A DNA stretch of 64,000 nucleotides from Oscillospiraceae bacterium (GTDB lineage: Bacteria > Bacillota > Clostridia > Oscillospirales > CAG-382): positions 19,794-83,793 of the forward strand of contig SVRW01000007.1 in assembly GCA_015064625.1 (NCBI GenBank), read 5' to 3'. This document shows positions 35,648 to 44,686 of the stretch, piece after piece; the stretch's first letter is position 1; each line of letters begins with the position of its first letter. A program made the position numbers and the translations under genes. The notes under the pieces are model-generated. The model made no database searches. It was not told the DNA's origin and saw only the letters and a list, made by a program, of their open reading frames with translations.

Positions 35648-36775
35648 ATGAGAAAAACAGTTAAAGCCGGAATTGACAATTTATCGAAGCTTGATATTCT
35701 GAAGGAAGGAAGACTTGGCGTTTTAACCGCTCCAACAGGGGTTGATGCCAAGCTTCGCCCTACATACGAGGTTCTTGCGGAAAAATATAACGTAACCGCG
35801 CTTTTTGCTCCCGAGCATGGAATCCGCGGAGATATTCAGGCGGGCGAGCATATTTCCACGTATATTGATTCTGAAACGGGTCTTACTGTTTATAGCCTTT
35901 ACGGTGAAAACAAGCATATGACGGATGAAATGCTTGATACCTTCGATATTCTGGTGTTTGATATACAGGATGTTGGAGCAAGATATTACACCTTCATTTA
36001 TGCTCTTACCCGCTCAATGAAGCTTTGTGCGGAAAAAGGGAAGAAGGTTGTTGTTCTTGACAGACCTAATCCCGTCGGCGGAATTATTATGGAGGGCATT
36101 ACTCTTGATGAGAATTTCTCCAGCGGGGTTGGTGAATACGCAATCCCCGCAAGATATGCTCTTACCGTGGGAGAATTTGCGACCTATATAAACAAAGAAA
36201 AAAATATGGGCTGTGAGCTTACGGTTATCCCTTGCGAGGGGTGGAAAAGAGATATGTACTACGATGAAACATGTATGCCTCTTATCCTTCCTTCTCCAAA
36301 TCTTCCAACGGTGAATTCTTTCATTAACTATTTTGCGACCTGCTACTTTGAGGGAACTAATATTTCCGAAGGGAGAGGAACAACCATTCCTTTTGAAATG
36401 GTTGGTGCGCCTTTTATCGACGGAAAAAAGCTGGCAGATGCTCTTAACTCTAAAAAACTCCCAGGTGTTGTTTTCAGAAGTGCGTATTTTACCCCAACGT
36501 TCAGCAAACACAAGGGGGAAAGATGCGGCGGGGTTCAGCTTCACATTCTTGACAGAGATATATACAGACCCTTTGATGCAGGAATGTATCTTCTTGATGA
36601 AATAAGAAAATACAAAGAATTTGAATTTTTGAACGGCGGTAACTTTGAAGCAAAGCTTTTCGGTGATGATTCCATTCTTAAAGAAGATTTTTCCGTGAAT
36701 GACTGCTTCAAGCGTGCGGAAAATGATTGCGCGGAGTTCAGAAAGAAAATCGAGGGCGTGTTGATGTATGACTAA
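35648..36775 (+). CDS. DUF1343 family protein (NamZ-like exo-beta-N-acetylmuramidase family)
   Basis: GVLTAPTGVD, LFAPEHGIRGD, VYSLYGE, FDIQDVGARYYTFIY and RPNPVGG. Confidence 0.75.
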   Translation: MRKTVKAGIDNLSKLDILKEGRLGVLTAPTGVDAKLRPTYEVLAEKYNVTALFAPEHGIRGDIQAGEHISTYIDSETGLTVYSLYGENKHMTDEMLDTFDILVFDIQDVGARYYTFIYALTRSMKLCAEKGKKVVVLDRPNPVGGIIMEGITLDENFSSGVGEYAIPARYALTVGEFATYINKEKNMGCELTVIPCEGWKRDMYYDETCMPLILPSPNLPTVNSFINYFATCYFEGTNISEGRGTTIPFEMVGAPFIDGKKLADALNSKKLPGVVFRSAYFTPTFSKHKGERCGGVQLHILDRDIYRPFDAGMYLLDEIRKYKEFEFLNGGNFEAKLFGDDSILKEDFSVNDCFKRAENDCAEFRKKIEGVLMYD

Positions 36776-38060
36776 AAAAATGCATTCATCAAAATTTTGG
36801 CTTGCTCTCACCATATTCGGTTTTATGGGGCAAGTGGCATGGACTGTTGAAAATATGTATTTCAACGTGTTTATGTATAAAATGTTTGGCGCGTCTCCTG
36901 AGGATATTTCTCTTATGGTAGGCGCAAGTGCCGTTGCCGCCACTGTTACCACTGTGTTTATGGGCGCTTTATCTGACAAAATAGGAAAGCGCAAGCTTTT
37001 TATATGCGGTGGATATATACTTTGGGGAATATCAATTTTTACGTTCTGTTTTTTACGGCTTGACCTTATAGAAAAAGTGGTAGGTACTGCGGTTCAGGCT
37101 GCAACGGTTGGGATTTCCCTTGTTGTTATCCTTGACTGCTTGATGACGTTTTTCGGCTCTACTGCTAACGATGCGGCTTTTAACGCATGGGTCACGGATA
37201 TGACTGACAGCACAAACAGAGGTGCGGCAGAGGGAATAAACTCTATGATGCCAATGCTGGCTGTCCTTGCAGTTTTCGGCGGATTCATGGCGTTTGACCT
37301 GAACAAATCGGAAAGCTGGACATCAATATTCGCTATTATAGGAGTTTGTGTTATAGTTGTTGGTATTTCGGGGTTTTTTATTATAGAAAAGGATAAAAAC
37401 GTACCGACAAAAAGCGGATACTTGAAAAACGTTGTATACGGCTTTTTACCGTCAACTGTCAAAGAAAATCTTTCTTTGTATTTTCATCTCTTGATGTTTA
37501 TTATTTTCAACGTTTCCATACAGATTTTTATGCCTTATTTGATAATCTACTATGAGCAGACGTTGAAAATGGCAAATTATACACTGATTATGGCTCCTGC
37601 CGTTATTCTTGCCGCTGTTGCCACGTTCTTCTGGGGCAAGGTGTATGACAAAAAGGGATTTGATTTTTCTTCCGCATTTTCTGTTTGCTTTCTTGCTTTG
37701 GGATACGTGGTTTTAGTCGTTGCAAAGAGCATGGTTCCGGTGTTTATTGGTTCGCTTTTTATGATGTGCGGTTATCTTTGCTCAATGGCGGTTTTTGGCG
37801 CAAAAATACGTGACTTGACTCCGATGGGAAAATCGGGTATGTTCCAAGGAGTGAGAATTTTCTCCCAAGTTCTTATACCGGGCGTATTAGGCCCGTACAT
37901 AGGGCAGGCGGTTTTGAAAAACGCTGACAAGATAACAAACAGTGACGGAACAACGTCGTTCTTGCCAAACGTGAATATTTTTATAGCAGCCTTTGCTGCT
38001 TTAGGCGTTTTGGTTGTTTTGGCGGCGGCAAAACGATTTTTTATGAAGATTAAAAAGTGA
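36768..38060 (+). CDS. MFS transporter
   Basis: About 12 TMs, with a GALSDKIGKRK loop-2/3 motif. Confidence 0.8.
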   Translation: MTKKMHSSKFWLALTIFGFMGQVAWTVENMYFNVFMYKMFGASPEDISLMVGASAVAATVTTVFMGALSDKIGKRKLFICGGYILWGISIFTFCFLRLDLIEKVVGTAVQAATVGISLVVILDCLMTFFGSTANDAAFNAWVTDMTDSTNRGAAEGINSMMPMLAVLAVFGGFMAFDLNKSESWTSIFAIIGVCVIVVGISGFFIIEKDKNVPTKSGYLKNVVYGFLPSTVKENLSLYFHLLMFIIFNVSIQIFMPYLIIYYEQTLKMANYTLIMAPAVILAAVATFFWGKVYDKKGFDFSSAFSVCFLALGYVVLVVAKSMVPVFIGSLFMMCGYLCSMAVFGAKIRDLTPMGKSGMFQGVRIFSQVLIPGVLGPYIGQAVLKNADKITNSDGTTSFLPNVNIFIAAFAALGVLVVLAAAKRFFMKIKK

Positions 38061-38128
38061 ATATTTGAAAAAAGTTATCTTTCCTCGCTTCGCTCGAAAA
38101 TCATTTATATAAAATATTAGTCTAATTC

Positions 38129-38170
38129 AATGCTCAATTCAAGGTTCAACGCCCCGAATTGAGCATTTTT
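38129..38170 (+). terminator. MFS terminator, which is also the hairpin module of the mosaic element family (locus B)
   Basis: ATGCTCAATTC-N15-GAATTGAGCAT followed by TTTTAT. The GCTCNATTCAAGG...CCCCGAANNGAGC core is homologous to the hairpins at 58118-58149 and 58533-58564. Confidence 0.75.
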
Positions 38171-38192
38171 ATATTCCGCATTCCGCTTTTAA

Positions 38193-38220
38193 ATTGAAAA
38201 TGGAAAATGGAAAATTGAAA
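38193..38220. repeat. ATTGAAA/ATGGAAA heptad array (4 units)
   Basis: ATTGAAA ATGGAAA ATGGAAA ATTGAAA. The same heptads occur at 57878-57905. Confidence 0.85.
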
Positions 38221-38225
38221 GTTAA

Positions 38226-38251
38226 GGAAATTTTTCTCCCGTTGGTCGAAA
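38226..38251 (+). repeat. 26-28-nt box, copy 2
   Basis: GGAAATTTTTCTCCCGTTGGTCGAAA. Confidence 0.9.
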
Positions 38252-38257
38252 CCATAA

Positions 38258-38348
38258 GGCAAGAGAGAATAGGCAAGAGGGAAGAGGCAGGAGGCAAGAG
38301 GGAAGAGGCAGGAGGCAAGAGGGAAGAGGCAGGAGGCAAGAGGCAGGA
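38258..38348. repeat. Thirteen GGNANGA heptads forming a 21-nt higher-order tandem repeat
   Basis: (GGCAAGA GGGAAGA GGCAGGA) three times plus partial units. This creates four AGGAGG strings on the plus strand. The array is bracketed by box copies 2 and 3. Confidence 0.9.
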
Positions 38349-38353
38349 GGGGA

Positions 38354-38381
38354 GGAAATTTTTCTCCCGTTGGTCGAAAAA
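38354..38381 (+). repeat. 26-28-nt box, copy 3
   Basis: GGAAATTTTTCTCCCGTTGGTCGAAAAA, identical to copy 2 over 26 nt. Confidence 0.9.
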
Positions 38382-38395
38382 TATTTTATATAATT

Positions 38396-38483
38396 GCTTT
38401 TCGAACGCAGAGAGAAAAGCTACCTTTATTCCGAATTCCGCATTCCGAATTCCGCATTCCGAATTCCGCATTCCGCATTCCGC
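38396..38483 (+). repeat. Conserved core hairpin plus eight ATTCCGN heptads
   Basis: GCTTTTC-gaacgcagaga-GAAAAGC (38396-38420), TACCTTT, then ATTCCGA/ATTCCGC eight times (38428-38483). The array ends 8 nt before the RadC-like stop codon. Confidence 0.9.
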
Positions 38484-38491
38484 ATTTTACT

Positions 38492-39166
38492 TTACCTTTT
38501 CCAATTATCCGTATCGGCAAGGTCGTATAAAATTCCGTAATATCTACCTTTATTTACAACGAAATGTTCCATGAGCTTTATTCCTGATGCTGAAAAATAC
38601 GATTCCATTTTCCTTGTAGCGTGATAATCCTCCATGGAATATTTCATATATGAGCTTGCATGGTTATGAGCTATAATAACCTTTTTGGCACAAAGCACAT
38701 TTGCTCTTTTTATCATTGAATCAACGTCTATAAAAACTGAACCCAAATCTCCATTTGCGGTCTTTTCAGCGTGGAGCACGTTGTTGAATTCCCCCATAAA
38801 CACGGTATATAGCCCTTCTTCTTTGTTGCTCCCGACAAAATTTTTTATAAATTCTCCTGCACTTCTATGGGAGTCAAGAATATTTTCTTTTGTATTCAAT
38901 TCCGAGGAGAGTTTCATTATGGAAATCAGAGCCTTTATTAAAGGAAAGTATTCGCTTTTTATTTCTCCTTCGAAAAGCTTTTCAGGGACGGGCATAAATA
39001 TTCCGCCCTCGCAAAAAAGCTTTTTGTATACAAGCTCAGCAACGTTTTTGTATTCATCTTCAGGGAAAGAATAATGAAAAATGATTTCAAAAAGCTCTTT
39101 ATGGGTGGGGATATATAGCCCGCTTTTATATTCGATAAGCATATTATTGAAATTTTTTTCTTCCAT
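38492..39166 (-). CDS. RadC-like JAB/MPN domain protein (variant motif HNHASS)
   Basis: C-terminal VIIAHNHASSYMKYSMEDYHATRKM resembles the RadC HNHPSG...S.eD motif. Start taken at MEEKNF (AGGAGG RBS). The ORF track's longer version starts at 39217. Confidence 0.6.
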   Translation of the reverse strand: MEEKNFNNMLIEYKSGLYIPTHKELFEIIFHYSFPEDEYKNVAELVYKKLFCEGGIFMPVPEKLFEGEIKSEYFPLIKALISIMKLSSELNTKENILDSHRSAGEFIKNFVGSNKEEGLYTVFMGEFNNVLHAEKTANGDLGSVFIDVDSMIKRANVLCAKKVIIAHNHASSYMKYSMEDYHATRKMESYFSASGIKLMEHFVVNKGRYYGILYDLADTDNWKR

Positions 39167-39324
39167 ACAGCCTCCTGCCTTTTTCTTGATTATACATTCG
39201 AAAAATCTTTTTGTCAACCATGGAAAATATACATGGAAACGAATATAAATACAGTAAATAAAGGCTTTAAAGGGGAGATAATGGATTTAAAATCGCGTTT
39301 GTGATACAAATTTCGATTTTATAC

Positions 39325-39353
39325 TTGACAAAGTAACGTAAATGTGGTAATAT
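39325..39353 (+). promoter_or_regulatory. Sigma-A promoter of the opp operon
   Basis: TTGACA (39325-39330), 17-nt spacer, TGG-extended TAATAT (39348-39353). Confidence 0.6.
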
Positions 39354-39445
39354 AATTTTTAATCTGTGGTTGAGAATATTTTTGCGAATCAAATGCAGAA
39401 TAAGAAAGAAAAAATTTAAACAAAAAACTAATTTTGGAGGAAAAC

Positions 39446-41410
39446 ATGACTAAAAAGATTATTGCGTTGATGCTTTGTCTCGTTATGGTATGCCTTGCTA
39501 TGGCATCCTGCGACGGCTCTGACACAAGCAGCACAGATGCAAGCGAACAGAACGCTTCTAACGTTTCTAACGCTGAAACAGAAGTTAACTACGTTAAAGA
39601 CGGCGTTTACCGTGTTCTTTATTCAGGCGAACTTTCCACGCTCAACTATCTCACAACTTCTAACTCTAATGAGATGACAGTTGGTGCAAACACCGTAGAT
39701 TCTCTCGTAGAATACGATCCCAAGGGTGCTCTTAAAGCAGGTCTTGCTGAAAGCTGGACTTATGACGAAGCAACTCTTACCTGGACCTTTAAGATTCGCG
39801 AAGGCCAGAAATGGGTTGACCACACAGGCGCTGCAAAAGCAGACGTTACTGCTAACGACTTCGTATCTGCACTCAAATATTCTCTTAATCCCGCAAACGA
39901 AAGCTCAACCGTTCAGAACCTTTTCGGCAAAATTAAAAATGCTGAAGAATATTACAACGGTCTTGCATTCAAAGATGCAGGCGGAAAAGAATTTGACGAT
40001 GATGGCAACGAAGTTGCTACATGGGCTGAAATAAGCTTCGACGAAGTTGGTGTTAAGGCTGTTGATAACTACACTCTTACATATACTCTTGTTGAAGAAT
40101 GTCCTTATTTCCTTTCTTCTCTTACTTATATCACATATCTTCCCGTATACGGTCCTATGGTTGAAGAAATGGGTAAAGAATTTGCAACAGCAGCAGACAA
40201 AATGTACTACTGCGGTGCATACTACCTCTCTGAATTCGTTCCTAACGAAAAGAGAACTCTCAAGAGAAACGACCTTAACTACGATGCAGATATGGTTTAC
40301 ATCGCAGAAATTAAATATATCTATAATGCAGAATCAGAAGCAGTAGCTCCCGATATGGTTCTTAAGAACGAAATCGACTACGCAGATATTGATACTGAAG
40401 TTGCTGATGACTGGCTTGCAAACGAAGAAAAATTGAAGTATATCAGCCAATCCAGAGCATCTGTTGACTATTCTTACTTCTACTGCTTCAACTTTGACCC
40501 CAAATTTGACGCAGAATATGAACCTGAAAACTGGAAAATTGCTGTTAACAACGAAGATTTCCGTAAAGCAGTTCTTTATGCAATGAACAAGAACGCTCTT
40601 ATGGGTCTTGCTGAAGCAAACAATCCTGAAGAATACGTTTACAATACAATTACTCTTTCAACCTTCTGCACAAACAATGACGGAAAAGATTTCTCCGCTC
40701 TTGCTCCCTTTGACGGCATCAACGCTACAAAAACAGGCGATGCTGAAAAGGCTGTAAGCTACAGAGATGCAGCAAAAACTGCTCTTACAGCTGCAGGTGC
40801 AACGTTCCCTGTAAAAATGCTCGTTTCCTACAATCCTAATACAACAAGCTGGGATGGCGAATGCGGTCTTCTCGAACAGCAGCTTGAAACTGTTCTCGGA
40901 GCAGATTTCATTGACGTTGTTGTTGTAGCAGGTCCTTCCTCCAACTTCCTTACAGAAGTAAGACGTTCCGGAAAATATGCATTCATGAAATGTAACTGGG
41001 GTGCTGACTATCAGGATCCTGAAACATGGACAGATCCTTTCTATCAGGAATCCGTTGATGACGGTTACAAATACAACTTTATGTATCAGTCCGTTGTAGA
41101 CGGCGGTGCTTCTGCTGAAGTTATCAAAGGTTATTATGCCCTTGTTAAAGCAGCAAAAGAAATCAAATCCGACATCAATGCTCGTTACGAAGCATTTGCA
41201 AAGGCTGAAGCATATCTTATCGATCACGCATTGGTAATTCCTTACGGTGCATCTCCTGCGGGATACGTTGCAACAAAACTTAACACGTTTGAAGGTCAGT
41301 TTGCATCCTTCGGTATTTCTACTTTGAGATACAAGGGTCAGAAGCTTTACGATCATTTCATCACAATGGAAGAATTCGTAAACAACAAAAACGCAGTAGA
41401 AGGCAAATAA
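39446..41410 (+). CDS. oppA: Oligopeptide ABC transporter substrate-binding lipoprotein (family 5)
   Basis: Lipobox LAMASC, family-5 SBP length and motifs, and first position in an oppABCDF-like operon. Confidence 0.8.
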   Translation: MTKKIIALMLCLVMVCLAMASCDGSDTSSTDASEQNASNVSNAETEVNYVKDGVYRVLYSGELSTLNYLTTSNSNEMTVGANTVDSLVEYDPKGALKAGLAESWTYDEATLTWTFKIREGQKWVDHTGAAKADVTANDFVSALKYSLNPANESSTVQNLFGKIKNAEEYYNGLAFKDAGGKEFDDDGNEVATWAEISFDEVGVKAVDNYTLTYTLVEECPYFLSSLTYITYLPVYGPMVEEMGKEFATAADKMYYCGAYYLSEFVPNEKRTLKRNDLNYDADMVYIAEIKYIYNAESEAVAPDMVLKNEIDYADIDTEVADDWLANEEKLKYISQSRASVDYSYFYCFNFDPKFDAEYEPENWKIAVNNEDFRKAVLYAMNKNALMGLAEANNPEEYVYNTITLSTFCTNNDGKDFSALAPFDGINATKTGDAEKAVSYRDAAKTALTAAGATFPVKMLVSYNPNTTSWDGECGLLEQQLETVLGADFIDVVVVAGPSSNFLTEVRRSGKYAFMKCNWGADYQDPETWTDPFYQESVDDGYKYNFMYQSVVDGGASAEVIKGYYALVKAAKEIKSDINARYEAFAKAEAYLIDHALVIPYGASPAGYVATKLNTFEGQFASFGISTLRYKGQKLYDHFITMEEFVNNKNAVEGK

Positions 41411-41454
41411 TTCGTTGAAGAATTTACCCTTTCGGGTGAATAAAGGATAATTCT

Positions 41455-41487
41455 GTTAGTGCGGGGCGGTTTTCGTTCCGCACTAAC
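41455..41487 (+). terminator. Stem-loop after oppA (partial terminator/attenuator)
   Basis: GTTAGTGCGG-N13-CCGCACTAAC with no clear T-run. Such stem-loops are typical after SBP genes. Confidence 0.5.
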
Positions 41488-41511
41488 TTGAAGTTTGGAG
41501 CATAGTACATA

Positions 41512-42456
41512 ATGGTTAAATATTTGTTAAAAAGAATTGCGCGATCGCTCCTGACACTTATCATAATTATCACTATTGTTTTTGTCTTGGTTCGTCAAAT
41601 GCCTATAGAAGGTTATTTTGATAATTTTGATAAGCTGACAGATGCGCAAATAGAAACCAAGCTGGATGCCATGGGGCTGAACGACCCTATGCCAAAGCAA
41701 ATAATAAATTTTTATAAAAACTTGTTAAAGGGTGATTTGGGCGTTTCCAACAAGATACAGAGAAACGTTCCTGTTGTGGATATCCTTTTGCCTAAACTCC
41801 CTGTATCCATAAAGCTTGGCTCTGCTTCTTTGGTGTTGTCTTTGCTTTTGGGTATACCCCTCGGTATACTTATGACAAAGTACAAGGGAAAGTTTTTTGA
41901 CAAATTCGGTACTGTGTTTATAGTATTTATCCAAGCTGCTCCTGCGGCGGTATACTATCTCTTTATACAGCATTACGGAACAAACCTTTTTGGAATACCT
42001 ATGATTTATTCCGAGGACGTGAGCATATTCTGGTGGCTCTTGCCTGTGTTCTCTATGTCCCTTGGTAATATTGCTTATTACGGAATGTGGCTAAGGCGAT
42101 ATATGGTTGACGAGCTTAACAAGGATTACGTTCGTCTTGCCCGCGCAAAAGGACTTTCCGAAGGCAAGATAATGTTCAAACACGTTTTCAAGAATGCTTT
42201 TGTTCCCATGGTTCAATATATACCTACGTCATTCCTCAATACTGTTATCGGCTCTATTTACGTTGAATCCCTTTACAGTATAAACGGTATGGGCGGTCTT
42301 TTGGTTAAGTCCGTTCAGCAATCGGATAACAATCTGGTTCAGGCAATCGTTCTGCTTTATGCTACAGTTGGTATTATAGGCTTGCTTTTGGGTGATTTGC
42401 TTATGGTATTTATCGATCCCCGTATAACGTTATCGGAGAAAGGGGGAGACAGATAA
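41512..42456 (+). CDS. oppB: Oligopeptide ABC transporter permease
   Basis: MVKYLLKRIARSLLTLIII start and EAA-like YVRLARAKGLSEGKIMFKHVFKNAF. Confidence 0.88.
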   Translation: MVKYLLKRIARSLLTLIIIITIVFVLVRQMPIEGYFDNFDKLTDAQIETKLDAMGLNDPMPKQIINFYKNLLKGDLGVSNKIQRNVPVVDILLPKLPVSIKLGSASLVLSLLLGIPLGILMTKYKGKFFDKFGTVFIVFIQAAPAAVYYLFIQHYGTNLFGIPMIYSEDVSIFWWLLPVFSMSLGNIAYYGMWLRRYMVDELNKDYVRLARAKGLSEGKIMFKHVFKNAFVPMVQYIPTSFLNTVIGSIYVESLYSINGMGGLLVKSVQQSDNNLVQAIVLLYATVGIIGLLLGDLLMVFIDPRITLSEKGGDR

Positions 42457-43634
42457 TGAAAAAGTTTTCAATAAAAGGTCAAAAGACGGAAAATTTAGAA
42501 AACAGTCTTAACGAAGCCTTGAAGGATGACGTAAGAAATCGCAAAATGAGCGAAAAAGAGTTGTTCTCACGAGCAAAGTTTGACGAAGAAGCCGTTGAAA
42601 GAATCGGATATAGCAACTACTCTTATTGGAGATGTACCTTCAGAGCCTTTTTGAAACAGAAATTTGCTATGTTTCTTGTGGTTATGATGTTTGTCGTAGT
42701 GGGATTTACAGTTATACAGCCTTATCTCCCAGGACAACATGACCCTAACTTTTACAATACGTACACAGACATTAACGGACGTGAGAAAACTGCCCAGAAC
42801 GTAAAGCCCTATCTTAACTATAAGGTGAACTGCGTTCTCAACAAAATAGGTATTGTTGGTGATGATAAGCTGAACTATACAGTTAACGGCGGCTTTGATA
42901 TGTCAACGGGTAAGGTTCAGATAATTGAAATGTCCGGAGAGGAATATTTCAACCTTCACGGCAAATATATTTTAGGTACTAACGGAAACGGTCAAGACCT
43001 TTGGGCGCGTCTTTGGGCGGGTACACGTAACTCCCTTTTCATTGGCGTGTGCGTTGCTTTGGTTGAGGCTATCCTCGGTATTATCGTAGGCGTTCTCTGG
43101 GGATACGTAAGAAGACTTGATTTTATCTTTACGGAAATATACAACATTCTTGATAATATTCCAAATACGATTTTGCTTATTCTCATTTCTTATATTATGA
43201 AGCCAAGCATTTCTACCCTTATTTTTGCTATGTGCCTTACGGGTTGGATTCAGATGGCTCGTTTTATCAGAAACCAGATACTTATAATTCGTGACAGAGA
43301 TTACAATACGGCATCCCGTTGTCTTGGTACTCCTACAAGGAGAATACTTTATAAGAACTGTTTGCCTTACCTTGTTTCTGTTATAATGCTCAGAATTGCT
43401 CTCACAATTCCTTCCGTTATCGGAAGCGAAGTATTCATTACGTATATTGGTTTGGGTCTTCCTATAAAGATTCCCAGCCTTGGAAGGCTTATTGACGATG
43501 GAAGAGCTTTGCTCAGCACAGCGAAAAGCTATCAGCTTTTCTATCCCGTTATTATCCTTTCTGCAATTACTATTTCTTTCTACGTAATCGGTAATGCATT
43601 TTCCGATTCCGCTGACCCGAAAAACCATCGTTGA
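42456..43634 (+). CDS. oppC: Oligopeptide ABC transporter permease with a long N-terminal extension
   Basis: GTNGNGQDLWARLWAGTRNSL and EAA-like YNTASRCLGTPTRRILYKNCLP. Confidence 0.85.
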   Translation: MKKFSIKGQKTENLENSLNEALKDDVRNRKMSEKELFSRAKFDEEAVERIGYSNYSYWRCTFRAFLKQKFAMFLVVMMFVVVGFTVIQPYLPGQHDPNFYNTYTDINGREKTAQNVKPYLNYKVNCVLNKIGIVGDDKLNYTVNGGFDMSTGKVQIIEMSGEEYFNLHGKYILGTNGNGQDLWARLWAGTRNSLFIGVCVALVEAILGIIVGVLWGYVRRLDFIFTEIYNILDNIPNTILLILISYIMKPSISTLIFAMCLTGWIQMARFIRNQILIIRDRDYNTASRCLGTPTRRILYKNCLPYLVSVIMLRIALTIPSVIGSEVFITYIGLGLPIKIPSLGRLIDDGRALLSTAKSYQLFYPVIILSAITISFYVIGNAFSDSADPKNHR

Positions 43635-43645
43635 GGAGGCTGAAT

Positions 43646-44662
43646 ATGGAAAACAATAAAACAGAAGTTATTTTATCCGTAAAAGACCTTGAAGTTAAAT
43701 TCAAGCTCAGAGGAAAAGTTCTCCACGCCATAAGAAAGGTTTCTTTGGATATATACAAAGGCGAAGTAATAGCTATAGTTGGAGAAAGCGGTTCGGGTAA
43801 ATCCGTATTTACCAAGAATTTTTTGGGACTTCTTGATTCGAACGGCTTTATAAGTGGCGGAAGCATTATGTATGGCGGAACTGATCTTGCAAAGCTTTCC
43901 CAGAAAAAGTGGGAAAAAGCAGGCATCAGAGGCAAGGAAATCGCAATGATAATGCAAGACCCTATGACAAGCCTTAATCCTCTTAAAAGCATTGGCGATC
44001 AGATAGCAGAAGCTATTATGACTCATCGTAAAATCTCAAAGTCAGAAGCAAAGCTTGAAGCTATCAAATGCCTGAGGGACGTTGAAATAGGTGATGAAGA
44101 AAGAAGATACAAGCAGTATCCTCATGAATTTTCGGGCGGTATGCGTCAGCGTGTAGTTATTGCTATGGCAATAGCTTGTAATCCGAAAATCCTCATTTGT
44201 GATGAACCTACAACTGCTCTTGACGTTACGATTCAGGCTCAGGTTTTAAAGCTTATTAAAAACCTTAAAGAAAAATATAATCTTACGGTTATATTTATAA
44301 CTCACGACCTTGGCGTTGTTGCTAATATTGCAGACCGTGTTGCAGTTATGTACGCAGGAGATATCGTTGAGATAGGAAACAGCGACGAGATTTTCTATGA
44401 TCCAAAGCATCCGTATACGAAAGCACTTCTGAAATCACTTCCCAATATTGCGGAAAAGGGGAACGACCTTCATTCAATCAAGGGAACGCCCCCCAGCCTT
44501 TTCGGAGAAATTGTGGGAGATGCTTTTGCTCCAAGAAATCCCGAAGCTTTGAATATCGATTATGTTGAAACTCCTCCTTATTTCGAGGTTTCTCCAACAC
44601 ATAAAGCGAAAACGTGGCTTCTTGACCCCCGATATAAAAAGTATAACGGGGAACAGTCATAA
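43646..44662 (+). CDS. oppD: Oligopeptide ABC transporter ATP-binding protein
   Basis: Walker A GESGSGKS, signature FSGGMRQR and Walker B ILICDEPTTALD. Start taken at ATG 43646 (GAGGAGG RBS); the ORF track's TTG start is 43631. Confidence 0.88.
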   Translation: MENNKTEVILSVKDLEVKFKLRGKVLHAIRKVSLDIYKGEVIAIVGESGSGKSVFTKNFLGLLDSNGFISGGSIMYGGTDLAKLSQKKWEKAGIRGKEIAMIMQDPMTSLNPLKSIGDQIAEAIMTHRKISKSEAKLEAIKCLRDVEIGDEERRYKQYPHEFSGGMRQRVVIAMAIACNPKILICDEPTTALDVTIQAQVLKLIKNLKEKYNLTVIFITHDLGVVANIADRVAVMYAGDIVEIGNSDEIFYDPKHPYTKALLKSLPNIAEKGNDLHSIKGTPPSLFGEIVGDAFAPRNPEALNIDYVETPPYFEVSPTHKAKTWLLDPRYKKYNGEQS

Positions 44663-44686
44663 ACACGTAATCGAAAGGAAACTCAA

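Noticed and set aside
36014-36994. Long antisense ORFs: 36014-36994 (-), 34499-35356 (-), 40658-41356 (-), 42972-43628 (-), 10329-10838 (-), 28120-28581 (-)
   Set aside because: Each lies entirely opposite a gene with strong family motifs (DUF1343 protein, malQ, oppA, oppC, TM2 protein, LRR protein). Their translations are Cys/Arg/Phe-rich nonsense typical of antisense frames.
38371-38380. Spo0A 0A-box (TGNCGAA) inside the GGTCGAAAA half of the family box
   Set aside because: The box reads GGTCGAA or GATCGAA, so the first position does not fit TGNCGAA in any copy. The resemblance is superficial.
38169-38574. ORFs 38169-38471 (-) and 38194-38574 (+) with PPASSLLPPASS / GKREEAGGKREEAG repeats
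   Set aside because: These are translations of the 21-nt tandem array and the heptad arrays. Their frames depend only on repeat phase, and there are no start context or coding-composition flanks.
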